This document shows positions 50,531 through 59,302 of a DNA stretch of 64,000 nt, piece by piece (the first letter of the stretch is position 1; every line of letters starts with the position of its first letter). Position numbers and translations under genes: made by a program. This DNA is from a virus. The notes beneath the pieces are model-generated. The model made no database searches. It was not told the DNA's origin and saw only the letters and a program-made list of their open reading frames with translations. The stretch is from IMG/VR virus record IMGVR_UViG_3300035492_000075. One strand, written 5' to 3'.

Positions 50531-51764
50531 GGATTGTGACTGCCTTTTTCAATTTTAGGGTTTTTGCTTTTGTTACCACAACGATGAGCATTATATCTGA
50601 TCTGATTGCGTTGTCAATATCGCCATCAGAAATATAACCGTCTGTTATTATAACAACCGCGTTGATTTTTTCATCATCGGCTTCGATACTTCTTTCAACT
50701 TCTTCGATGATTGGGCTCATGTATGTACCACCACCCCCAATCGTCTTTTCTGCGATTTCTCGCACTGTGATACCATCCTCCGAGGTGAAAGTACCGATTT
50801 TATGCGCTTGAGTGTCACAGTTGAAGAGTGTGATCTCCCAGCTCTCATAACTATTCATGATACCGTCTAACTCGGAGACTGCTCTCAGGTAGTCATCGTC
50901 TCCCATTGAGCCGGATGTGTCAACGGCGAATGCGATTTTTATTTTCTTTCCATGGTTTGCAGGGAAAATAACCCCACCGTTTGGTTGGTTCAATGACGAG
51001 TATTTCATGTAACTGCGTCGAGACGGGACCGTACTGTCAATCGCAGCAAAGAACATTGCACCCCAGTCAGCCACCGGCTTATACAACTCGCGAAATCTCC
51101 TGATCACGTACGTTTCACCAACACAATCACCAACACCAACACCGTGATCTGTCATCTCTGCGTAAGTAGTTGCTGCTTGGACGTCTCGAATCTGTTGCTC
51201 AATGAGTTTTTTCGATCCCCCATTACCGACGAAATGGTTAGTGTCATTCTCTGGATCATCATCAAGGAGATCATATATCTCGTCAGACGACATACCAAGA
51301 TACTTCTGATCGTATAAACCACCAGCAGGAAGAGACATATACTTTCGATAACGTTTATTATAAACAACATCACCGTTATCATTTAGGTACACACCAGCAG
51401 CATCGAGGTTAATCTGATAGTCAGTGGCTCGGTTCCAGCGTTCCTTTCGATACCCCAAATCAATCATCCGCTCGATATGCGTCTTGTATATATGAGAGAG
51501 CTCATGATACAAGACAAATGCTCGTTCCTCCAGAGTCAGACTACCGAAGAATTGATCATTGAAGTATATCCCGGTTCTCTCTTCGTGCACAACGGCGAAT
51601 GCTGTTTGTTCAAAACGACTAAACCCTATCTCGTCTACTTTTGCAATGAGGTATGAGAAAAGAGGAGAAGCCAGAATCATCTGAACCCGTGTGTCAGCTA
51701 ACGCACGGGTATATGACTCTGGTACATCTACAGTCTCGATGCCAAGGTCGCTGAAAATACTCAT
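50520..51764 (-). CDS. putative metallopeptidase + vWA domain protein (DUF2201-like)
   Basis: HExxH (VLYHELSHIY) in the N-terminal half and a MIDAS-like FAVDTSGSM in the C-terminal half. TGATG overlap with the AAA gene. The listed start 51794 is a TTG. Confidence 0.75.
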   Translation of the reverse strand: MSIFSDLGIETVDVPESYTRALADTRVQMILASPLFSYLIAKVDEIGFSRFEQTAFAVVHEERTGIYFNDQFFGSLTLEERAFVLYHELSHIYKTHIERMIDLGYRKERWNRATDYQINLDAAGVYLNDNGDVVYNKRYRKYMSLPAGGLYDQKYLGMSSDEIYDLLDDDPENDTNHFVGNGGSKKLIEQQIRDVQAATTYAEMTDHGVGVGDCVGETYVIRRFRELYKPVADWGAMFFAAIDSTVPSRRSYMKYSSLNQPNGGVIFPANHGKKIKIAFAVDTSGSMGDDDYLRAVSELDGIMNSYESWEITLFNCDTQAHKIGTFTSEDGITVREIAEKTIGGGGTYMSPIIEEVERSIEADDEKINAVVIITDGYISDGDIDNAIRSDIMLIVVVTKAKTLKLKKAVTIHVE

Positions 51765-52852
51765 CACTTGATTCTCGTTTTGAGACGTTCCCAATGCCCA
51801 GAGAATAGCGGGTTGGAAATAATACTCACGCCTACCCGAATTGAGCTTCTTACCGCTCGAAAGAACACAATGAACATCTCGTCTTGGAGCTGATTTGCAA
51901 TCTCAGCGTATCCTGTTAGATCGGTACACGAGTCGTTCTCGACGACATCGATCAGTTCTACGGCAAGACCAGTGGCGACCCCAAATTCGATAGCCGGTTC
52001 TTCACGCGGGATTTTGTACTCATACGTTGGGTCATTGCTTCGCACACGAGACCAGTCAGGTAGTTTCGATGCGAACTTCATATAGGCGCAGAAGTTTGCA
52101 CCGACTACGCTACCAACACATCCAAGTGTTGCGTCGTAGAACTCATCACTGTCATACTCACTCTCGGAGAACATCTCCATGATACCACTCAGCAACTCCC
52201 ATGTTCGAGGAACAGCGCTGGTGATAGAGTCATCATTCGATCCAACGAAGTAGATGTGGTCCCTCTTCCACGAGCAATAACCGATGATGTGCGGGTTTAG
52301 CTTTCGGTCGATGGCGTATGGGATGAACGTGTTTTTCGCCGACTCAGGATCGATAACCATGTGAACAGCGAAACGAGTAGCCATTGCGACTGACAGTTCC
52401 CGAGCACCAGTCTTATCGGTTCTCATATTGCCAGCGGCGACGATTATCACATTGTCCGGCAGCTTTTTACCGTTCTGAAGCTTTCGGTCGAGAATCAACG
52501 CGAAAGATGCAACCAGCGTATCCGGTAGCGCATTTTTCAGCTCGTCGAAGAAAATGATAGTAGGACGTTCACCGGTAGGGAACCATGTATGAGTGGAAAA
52601 GAACTGAGAACCCTCCCATACATACGGAAGACCAAGTACAGCAGAGGCATCAACACCAGCGAGGCGTACATCGATAAAATCAGCGCCGATCTCTTCTGCT
52701 ACCTCTCGAACGATCTGGCTTTTACCCAAAGCAGGAGCACCATGGATGAACACATTCTTCCAACCACGGTCTGGGTTTGCTAGCTGGTGTTTGGCAATGC
52801 GACGAAACAGGTTCTTCGCTCTTGCGATGTCAATCTTATGATATTCAGCCAT
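51764..52852 (-). CDS. MoxR/CbbQ-like AAA+ ATPase
   Basis: Walker A HGAPALGKSQ and Walker B IIFFDEL, an AAA_5-type layout. Confidence 0.85.
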   Translation of the reverse strand: MAEYHKIDIARAKNLFRRIAKHQLANPDRGWKNVFIHGAPALGKSQIVREVAEEIGADFIDVRLAGVDASAVLGLPYVWEGSQFFSTHTWFPTGERPTIIFFDELKNALPDTLVASFALILDRKLQNGKKLPDNVIIVAAGNMRTDKTGARELSVAMATRFAVHMVIDPESAKNTFIPYAIDRKLNPHIIGYCSWKRDHIYFVGSNDDSITSAVPRTWELLSGIMEMFSESEYDSDEFYDATLGCVGSVVGANFCAYMKFASKLPDWSRVRSNDPTYEYKIPREEPAIEFGVATGLAVELIDVVENDSCTDLTGYAEIANQLQDEMFIVFFRAVRSSIRVGVSIISNPLFSGHWERLKTRIK

Positions 52853-53166
52853 TACAGACCTCGAAGCCTTTCTAGATCAGCAGCAGGAATAACATCCAAG
52901 TAGTGAGACTTGGAATCGTAAACAAGGTATTGATTCTCGATATTAAGCTCGTTTCGAGTAAAGTACCCATCCTCGCCGTCAGCCTGACAACCTGCTACAG
53001 GACCAACAATCTTGTATACACCAGACTTGAGTGGTGTGGCAAGCTTCGCTGTTTTAAATGCTTCCTTGGTACTGACGCCTTCATCGGTGTTGAATATGTC
53101 GACTACCCCAAGGGATTCGTTTCCTGTGTCTACACAAGACAACCGTGTGTAAAGTCTGCGACTCAT
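52852..53166 (-). CDS. hypothetical protein
   Basis: 104-aa ORF with a GAGGAG SD and a TAATG overlap downstream. Confidence 0.6.
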   Translation of the reverse strand: MSRRLYTRLSCVDTGNESLGVVDIFNTDEGVSTKEAFKTAKLATPLKSGVYKIVGPVAGCQADGEDGYFTRNELNIENQYLVYDSKSHYLDVIPAADLERLRGL

Positions 53167-53169
53167 TTG

Positions 53170-53454
53170 TCACTCCTCGATGATAGCCATGATTTCTTTC
53201 TCAGCGGTAACACCGTACTCCTTCTTGGAGCTTTCCAGTGCGAACGGCGGTGTGATACGTTTCCATGATGCCAGTACGGTGTTACCGACCTTTACGTACT
53301 TCACATCGGGGCCAACCGCGATCACTGTGAAGTTCTGCATGTCGTTCTGACTGATGTCTTCCTTGTAGAAGATAGTAGAACCACTCGCTTCGTGGTGGGG
53401 TTTCAGCTTCAGAAGTACATCGGCGTTCATTGGTCGAAATGTTTCAGGGTTCAT
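53170..53454 (-). CDS. GroES/Cpn10-like co-chaperonin
   Basis: 94 aa. PMNADVLLKLKP...FTVIAVGPDVKYVKVGNTVL...EKEIMAIIE is colinear with GroES. Confidence 0.7.
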   Translation of the reverse strand: MNPETFRPMNADVLLKLKPHHEASGSTIFYKEDISQNDMQNFTVIAVGPDVKYVKVGNTVLASWKRITPPFALESSKKEYGVTAEKEIMAIIEE

Positions 53455-53475
53455 TCAGTTGTCTCCAAAAATTTT

Positions 53476-53504
53476 ATCGTACAGGAACGAGGACTATGTG
53501 TCAA
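53476..53504 (-). promoter_or_regulatory. sigma70-like promoter TTGACA-N17-TACGAT
   Basis: Minus-strand hexamers at 53504-53499 and 53481-53476. The -35 element overlaps the stop of the upstream gene. Confidence 0.5.
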
Positions 53505-54034
53505 TAATCATTGTCGTCGATTTTAGTAAGCTCAATGAAAGGAATGTCATATTTGACAGGGTCGATGTCATTGATCTCTAGGAGGTAGCATACCAGAGAC
53601 GCACAGGAACTTCCACGCCCAACACCCCACACCACACCATTTTCCTTAAATTTCTGTATAACGTCGGAAGTTCGTAATAGAAAAATTGTGTTCTGTTTCT
53701 TTTGAAAATATGTAAGCTCTTGTTCAAGCCTTTCAATGTACGCTGGGTTGTCACTGAAACGCGGGGAAGCCTCTATCCGAGAAACAAGCAGTTCAAACGC
53801 TTCGTCTTCGTTGATGTGCACATCTTCATACTCAGGCTCAGGAGACGTGAGAATGTCCTTGTGGTACAAAGTTTGGTAGACTTCCCCATCATACCCCTCC
53901 ACATCGTCGTCGATGATCATCCAATCAATGCTTCTACCACGGATGATATTCTCAGCCATGGTATCTGCTGTTACTAAACTGTACCCATTTTCAAGAAGGA
54001 TACGGCGTCTTGCCTCGTCTAGATACTCTCTCAT
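53501..54034 (-). CDS. DNA polymerase III alpha-like fragment A (N-terminal palm segment)
   Basis: YIERLEQEL..F...FLLRTSDVIQKFKENGVVWGVGRGSSCASLVCYLLEINDIDPVKYDIPF parallels PolIIIalpha RLxxEL...YFLIV...GPGRGSAAGSLVAYxLxITxxDP...LxFERF. Confidence 0.65.
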   Translation of the reverse strand: MREYLDEARRRILLENGYSLVTADTMAENIIRGRSIDWMIIDDDVEGYDGEVYQTLYHKDILTSPEPEYEDVHINEDEAFELLVSRIEASPRFSDNPAYIERLEQELTYFQKKQNTIFLLRTSDVIQKFKENGVVWGVGRGSSCASLVCYLLEINDIDPVKYDIPFIELTKIDDNDY

Positions 54035-54510
54035 ACGAAGAATATTTCAAAAGTCTTGTCTTTCATTTTGTTGTGCTGGTCGATGCTACTAACCAGAATG
54101 ATACCGCCACAGTCATTGGAAGTTACCGGGATGGGTGCTTTGTCCTTGGACATGGGGAAGTAGCACTTACCGTCTTTTCGGTAATCTCTCAGTGCGATAT
54201 CGTTCAGTGTCCATGTACGAAGGTTCTTCGATATGGTCAAGACTTGAATATCGCGACCGATTAGTTCATCAATCATAATCCAGTCAATGTTTCCATCAGG
54301 ACAGGAACATAGGATGTATGTCCCAGCCGGAATATCGAATGATAGTTCACCGATGCGAACATTGAAGAAGTCGCCCTCGATAACATCCCAAGTATACTGG
54401 TATCGTAGCATATAGTCTTCGTCTTCGATGGAAAACTCAAATATTTGTGTATCGACGCAGCCAGCCGTCTTCGACGATACTGGGTTCATATCCTCATCAA
54501 TAAAGTTCAT
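54031..54510 (-). CDS. hypothetical protein
   Basis: 159-aa ORF with a GAGGA SD and an ATGA overlap with the downstream PolIIIalpha-like fragment. Confidence 0.6.
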   Translation of the reverse strand: MNFIDEDMNPVSSKTAGCVDTQIFEFSIEDEDYMLRYQYTWDVIEGDFFNVRIGELSFDIPAGTYILCSCPDGNIDWIMIDELIGRDIQVLTISKNLRTWTLNDIALRDYRKDGKCYFPMSKDKAPIPVTSNDCGGIILVSSIDQHNKMKDKTFEIFFV

Positions 54511-54527
54511 TAAAAATCCTCAAATTT

Positions 54528-55988
54528 TCAAACAATGATGTTGCTTGTTCCTTCAGTATACTCGTAATGCTCTTCCCTGTAAATAGCCAATCGCTCTCTT
54601 CTGTGCTTTTTAGCAAAAGGATTGTTTGATGAAACATCAACCACCTCAACCTCATCAACCACACCATCGCGACGAAGTCCACGACCGATGCCCTGCATGA
54701 TGTACGTGTAGTTCTTACCCACGTCGATCAGGTACAGGCGGAAGATTCGGTTGGATGAGATACCAGTACCAGAAGTTCCGAACGTAGCACAGAACATGTG
54801 ATCGTCCATATCATCGAACTTGGCGAACAGATCGTCTCGAACTTCGGACTTCGTCTCGTCCACGATCAGCCCAACGCCAAGGTAATCAGACATCAACTTA
54901 CCAAGACCAGCGTGACATAGAATCAGCGTGTTTTTTGGGTCTTGCTTATGACGGGTTTCAATGAAGTCCGCGATAGCCTGAATTCGCTCGGAATTAGAAA
55001 GGTTATAGTCTTCTTCTATTGACCAGTCAAAGTCTTTACCAAGCGCGTCGATCACACCTTCGATCTCAGCATGCTTTGTTACAACCATCTCAATCTTCAT
55101 AGCACTGGAGATACCGCGTTCCATAAGCTCTTTCTGTTTGACAGTACGCAGGATGCCACCACCCAAGTGAGCCATAATCTTGTTGCGTTTGAACGGATCA
55201 GCCTTCACCTTCGGAATGGAGCCAGACATACCAAGGCGAACAGGGCAGTGTCCCATGTCGAAGCGAAGCATATCGGCGAAAACGTCGCCAAACGTGTGAA
55301 TTTCATCAACCATAATTACCCATTGGCAGTTTGCAAACTCTTTGACACAGTTCATGAACAGCTTGTTGGTGATGATGATGTGGCGGGCGTTCTGAATGAA
55401 CTTCTTCCGATCAGCAGGCTTGGTTTTAGCCGTGAGGACAGCAGCGTTCAGGTTCGTCTTAGCGTAGTCAGCATATGTCTGCTTAGCGAGCTTCTCAGTA
55501 GGAACGATCACAACACTTTTGATGAATGGGTCGTAAACCTTTGAGATACCGACACAAATCCACGACTTACCACCGTTTGTGCCAACATCGAACAGACCCA
55601 TGCGATTGTTTATCGCTGCGTTGATACAGTCGACCTGATAGTCGCGTAGGTGGTGTCCAGACTCTTCAAGCAGGAACGATGAATCGATCTCCTTGATATC
55701 GGGATTGAATGGTTCTTGCTCTACGATCAGGTCGATGTCTTCGTCGAGGTCGTACCCAAGGCGCTCAACATTGTCAAGAACCTTATCCAGCTCATAGATG
55801 AATCCAAGGCCAGACTCATCGAACAGACTCTCCCTGCCATCCCAAATCTTTGCTTTATATGCAGCCGTAGTGAAGCAGCCTTTGACGAAGATACCGGTGT
55901 TGTCGCGAATAAAATCAATATCCTTACGACGCAGGCCAGCCAGTTCAAAGTTTACATGGTCATGGATTGTAAGCTGGAGTTCTTTCAT
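54528..55988 (-). CDS. uvsW: SF2 DNA/RNA helicase (T4 UvsW-like)
   Basis: LRDYQ, GTNGGKS (motif I), MVDEIHTF (motif II), and C-terminal helicase motifs TFGTSGTGIS and QGIGRGLR. Confidence 0.85.
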   Translation of the reverse strand: MKELQLTIHDHVNFELAGLRRKDIDFIRDNTGIFVKGCFTTAAYKAKIWDGRESLFDESGLGFIYELDKVLDNVERLGYDLDEDIDLIVEQEPFNPDIKEIDSSFLLEESGHHLRDYQVDCINAAINNRMGLFDVGTNGGKSWICVGISKVYDPFIKSVVIVPTEKLAKQTYADYAKTNLNAAVLTAKTKPADRKKFIQNARHIIITNKLFMNCVKEFANCQWVIMVDEIHTFGDVFADMLRFDMGHCPVRLGMSGSIPKVKADPFKRNKIMAHLGGGILRTVKQKELMERGISSAMKIEMVVTKHAEIEGVIDALGKDFDWSIEEDYNLSNSERIQAIADFIETRHKQDPKNTLILCHAGLGKLMSDYLGVGLIVDETKSEVRDDLFAKFDDMDDHMFCATFGTSGTGISSNRIFRLYLIDVGKNYTYIMQGIGRGLRRDGVVDEVEVVDVSSNNPFAKKHRRERLAIYREEHYEYTEGTSNIIV

Positions 55989-56290
55989 GTGAGCGAGATG
56001 CCCCCGATCTCTTCCTCGACTTCTTCATCACCAATGACAGACGCCATCACCTTGTTAGACAGCTTCTTCAGAGCGCGGTACTCGATCAGCAGCATGGCGG
56101 TCTTGATGTTGTTATGATACATCGTGAGGTCTTTTTGGAGTCGGATGGCGACCTCTTTTTCTTTCTGAAGACGCTCAATCATATCAGAAAGTTCTTCATC
56201 CGTCTTACCAGAAAGCCACTCAAGGGTGTCTGGGTCTGCTTCAATATGGAAGAAGTCGTCGATAATGCGCATGCGGTTCATTAGGCTCAT
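55985..56290 (-). CDS. hypothetical protein
   Basis: 101-aa ORF with a GAGGTG SD and an ATGA overlap with the uvsW-like start. Confidence 0.6.
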   Translation of the reverse strand: MSLMNRMRIIDDFFHIEADPDTLEWLSGKTDEELSDMIERLQKEKEVAIRLQKDLTMYHNNIKTAMLLIEYRALKKLSNKVMASVIGDEEVEEEIGGISLT

Positions 56291-56298
56291 ATGTCACC

Positions 56299-56745
56299 TC
56301 AGATCATGTGATTTTCTGCACTGGCGATGACAGCACCAGTGATGTTGTTCAGCACGTACTTGCGGCTGATGATCGCCTCGTTGATCTCGCGTGTGTTGTC
56401 ACGGAGCTGTCGGATGTCGATGAGAAGACGCTTTGCAGCCTTGTAGTCGGCATCGGCTTTGGCATATTCTTTCGCCTCGGAGATATTCACGCTCTTGTAG
56501 CCGTCTTTCATCTCTCTACCAACTGCTGTGGCGTATGCGGCCTCGACTTCCATCTCACATATGTCGTGCAGGTGTGAAAGGTTCTTACCGAACATACCCC
56601 ACTGAAGCTGAAGATCGACCTGTGTGGACAGTGCCTCTTTTAGTACCTTATCAGAAACACTGATGTCGTCGACTGTGTCTTCGTATAGCTGATCGAATCT
56701 TGCTTGTAGAGCTGCGAATTTGGTTTGAATATCTTGAATCTTCAT
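56299..56745 (-). CDS. possible recombination mediator (UvsY-like)
   Basis: 148 aa, helical. MKIQDIQ... N-terminus and size similar to T4 UvsY. Sits between the uvsX- and uvsW-like genes. Weak call. Confidence 0.45.
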   Translation of the reverse strand: MKIQDIQTKFAALQARFDQLYEDTVDDISVSDKVLKEALSTQVDLQLQWGMFGKNLSHLHDICEMEVEAAYATAVGREMKDGYKSVNISEAKEYAKADADYKAAKRLLIDIRQLRDNTREINEAIISRKYVLNNITGAVIASAENHMI

Positions 56746-56801
56746 TAAGAACTCCTATTGCCCGAAGAGTAGCATATGGCTAAATATATAGCAACCCCAT
56801 T

Positions 56802-57854
56802 TCAGTCTAATTTCCGATAACCACGACATGTCTTTGTTTTTCCAGATAAAAACATAGAAATTGCACCTTCTGATACACCAAATACCTCTTTCATATCAGC
56901 GCGAGTAAGCGAAACAGTATCTCCACTAGGAGAACACAAATGATATGTCTTCTGGTCTGTCCTACCAATCGGGGCGAAATTCTCACGGTTCCATGCCATA
57001 TGAATCCCACGACACGTTTTAATGTCACCCCTGATCAGTGTCAGTAACTCGCTCAGAGCAACACCAGATTCCTCAGATAATATACGTGGTGTTGTTTCTG
57101 TTTCAATGTTGTTGACAACAAACAGAAATTTGGTGTCTATGATAGCAGGACACGGTCTCTTTCGTTCAATCAGCTCAATGTGTTTGTCGTATGCGTCTTT
57201 GTACATCCAGTCATTTTTGCTTACTTTTCTCCCGTCGAAAAATGGTCGATTTCGGGAGAAATCTATACCAGTTTTCAGAACAAACTCACCATACGTCCCG
57301 ACAAACTCTTCACCACTCATCTTGTTTACGAAATGACACATAACATCTTGAATACACACAAAGTCAAGTGGTTTCGTTCTGCTGTGGTTACTAACTGACC
57401 AGCCTTTGACAGATCGATGGATGCCTCTAACAAGCCCACCGAAGTGCTTGGAACTGTAAAGAACCCCCATTTCATACACACTACATGTTTGTTGCCTACC
57501 ATCCTTATGCGTGAATGTGAAAATGCGGTTGTCTCGGTTGTGTGCTACGTCATGGTAGAACTTCTCGCTCGTCTGCTTTGCTCGGTTGAAGAAGTTCTTA
57601 TTCGTGTCCACAGAGAAAATGTTATGCAACCTCTGTTCGATCATCGTCGCCCGTTCCCTGCATTTGGTTACGACAATGATCTTATACCGGTAGGATTGAG
57701 GGTTTTCCTTTTGATCGAGCAAAAAAGACTGATCACTTGAAGATGAAAAATATGACACGCCAAGGTCATCTCGTGGGTGTTGTCGTGATGATCTACTACC
57801 GTAGTAGTGTTTTTGTTCCCTAATGGACGTTATTCGATAGACATAGTGATACAT
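56802..57854 (-). CDS. GIY-YIG homing endonuclease (Seg-like)
   Basis: MYHYVYRITSIREQKHYYGSRSS...DLGVSYFSSS...ERATMIEQRLHN...NFFNRA GIY-YIG module plus a C-terminal repeated DNA-binding-like region. Confidence 0.85.
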   Translation of the reverse strand: MYHYVYRITSIREQKHYYGSRSSRQHPRDDLGVSYFSSSSDQSFLLDQKENPQSYRYKIIVVTKCRERATMIEQRLHNIFSVDTNKNFFNRAKQTSEKFYHDVAHNRDNRIFTFTHKDGRQQTCSVYEMGVLYSSKHFGGLVRGIHRSVKGWSVSNHSRTKPLDFVCIQDVMCHFVNKMSGEEFVGTYGEFVLKTGIDFSRNRPFFDGRKVSKNDWMYKDAYDKHIELIERKRPCPAIIDTKFLFVVNNIETETTPRILSEESGVALSELLTLIRGDIKTCRGIHMAWNRENFAPIGRTDQKTYHLCSPSGDTVSLTRADMKEVFGVSEGAISMFLSGKTKTCRGYRKLD

Positions 57855-57874
57855 ACATACATTCTCCTATGTCT

Positions 57875-57883
57875 CTATTTATG
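57875..57883 (-). promoter_or_regulatory. late-type promoter-like motif CATAAATAG
   Basis: 20 nt upstream of the endonuclease ATG, with an AGGAGA SD in between. Confidence 0.35.
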
Positions 57884-57912
57884 AAGTAGCGAATTTTTAA
57901 TACCCAAATTAA

Positions 57913-57942
57913 GTAAAAGAAAAGGGGAGCTTAGCTCCCCTT
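57913..57942 (-). terminator. rho-independent terminator after the uvsX-like gene
   Basis: AAGGGGAGC-TAA-GCTCCCCTT followed by TTCTTTT on the minus strand. Confidence 0.7.
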
Positions 57943-57944
57943 GT

Positions 57945-58964
57945 TCATTCTGACATATCGTCGTCGAAGTGTTCATCACTCTCAACGAGCTCATCCTTAC
58001 CGAACTTCTCGTTGAACAATACCATTAGCGCCTCTACGTGATCGTCAAGTTTACTGGCCTGAAACTTCACAGTCTCACCATCATCTTCGTAGCTATACCA
58101 GCCGCCGTTCTTCCCGACGATTCCAGTTTCTTCCAGTACCTCAAGAAGACCGTCATTGAAGTCCAGACCCTTGGTATACGGAACATGTAGCTCACCTTTC
58201 TGGAATGGTGCGGTGAAGCGAGTCTTACTGACCTCGAACTTGATGCGCACACCAGCAGTAACCTCACCACCTTCCTTCAGCTTAGCCTTTTCCAACTTGA
58301 CAGCCATACTAGGGAAAAACTGGAAGCCCTTACCACCGGTACAAATCCAGCGACCTTCGCCGTTCAACATGTCTTGGTTCTGGTACGCGTGGGTGACCAT
58401 TACACAGAAGGCATCATACTTGCTGATCTTCTTGTTGATGTTTTTCACGAACAGCTTCAGTTTCTTGCTGAACTGACCCATATCACCCTTGGTGATACCC
58501 TTCTCAAACTCGGTTTCTTCCTTCTCAGAAAGCAGACCAGCCAGAGAATCGATGATCAGGATGAACTTAGAGTCTGGTTCCAGAATACCGAAAATCTCAG
58601 ACAATGCGACTGTGGCTTCCTCAATGGTTGCCACATTGATCGGAAGGAACTTGTTTTCATCCAGCGAAATACCAATCTTGGTCATGTAGTCTTCAGAGAT
58701 TGAATCTTCAGAGTCCATGTAGATGATAGTATAGCCTTTGCGTTGAGCGTCCAGTGCTGCGTTCGACGTTAGAAACGTTTTGCCTGTGCCGCTCTCGCCC
58801 CACAACAGAACAGAACGACGGTTTGGGATACCGACATCGATGCGACCCGTCATGCGATAGTTCAACAGCGCGTTACCCGTGCTGATCCATGCGTCAGGGT
58901 CATTCATCTCCGTCATGATGTCTCGTTTAGTGAGAGCCTTGCGAATCTTAGTCAGATCAACCAT
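57945..58964 (-). CDS. uvsX: RecA-family recombinase (T4 UvsX-like)
   Basis: Walker A WGESGTGKT, IIIDSLAG, and a RecA core layout. Confidence 0.9.
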   Translation of the reverse strand: MVDLTKIRKALTKRDIMTEMNDPDAWISTGNALLNYRMTGRIDVGIPNRRSVLLWGESGTGKTFLTSNAALDAQRKGYTIIYMDSEDSISEDYMTKIGISLDENKFLPINVATIEEATVALSEIFGILEPDSKFILIIDSLAGLLSEKEETEFEKGITKGDMGQFSKKLKLFVKNINKKISKYDAFCVMVTHAYQNQDMLNGEGRWICTGGKGFQFFPSMAVKLEKAKLKEGGEVTAGVRIKFEVSKTRFTAPFQKGELHVPYTKGLDFNDGLLEVLEETGIVGKNGGWYSYEDDGETVKFQASKLDDHVEALMVLFNEKFGKDELVESDEHFDDDMSE

Positions 58965-59260
58965 TACACAGACTCCTGAAGCAGTGCTACTGGTTCACCA
59001 GTGAAGATTTGCCAGTCGGTTGCCAGCATATCACCGTTGGACGGTTGCCACACTGAAACTGTCTTCTGAGCAGTAAAGATATCGATGTGTGCTTGGTAGT
59101 TGATGGTAGTTCCTTCTGGGAAGATACCCATCAGAGGAGCGCGGTTGACCTGAAACTGGGAACCGGGTACAAGGAAAATGAACATTCCCTTCCCATTCCA
59201 GCCTTCGCGACATACGCGTTCGCCGTTCTTGACGGCGCTCAGTGCTTCTTCAAAATTCAT
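58964..59260 (-). CDS. DUF2829 (Tad2-like) protein
   Basis: MNFEEALSAVKNGERVCREGWNGKGMFIF...HIDIFTAQKTVSVWQPSNGDMLATDWQIF matches the DUF2829 consensus end to end. Confidence 0.8.
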   Translation of the reverse strand: MNFEEALSAVKNGERVCREGWNGKGMFIFLVPGSQFQVNRAPLMGIFPEGTTINYQAHIDIFTAQKTVSVWQPSNGDMLATDWQIFTGEPVALLQESV

Positions 59261-59302
59261 GTTACTTCTCCTTTTTCAGCTTGAATCTTAGGACGGTTTC
59301 AT

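Noticed and set aside
54031-54510. Hint/mini-intein-like look of the ORF upstream of PolIIIalpha-like fragment A (G|CVDTQI near the N-terminus, WIMIDELIGRDIQV, ...SSIDQHN|K near the C-terminus; about 130 aa between them)
   Set aside because: There is no TxxH block B. The block A spacing is off. The residue after HN is Lys rather than Cys, Ser or Thr, and the flanks are only 17 and 12 aa. The resemblance is too weak to call without a profile search, so it is kept as hypothetical.
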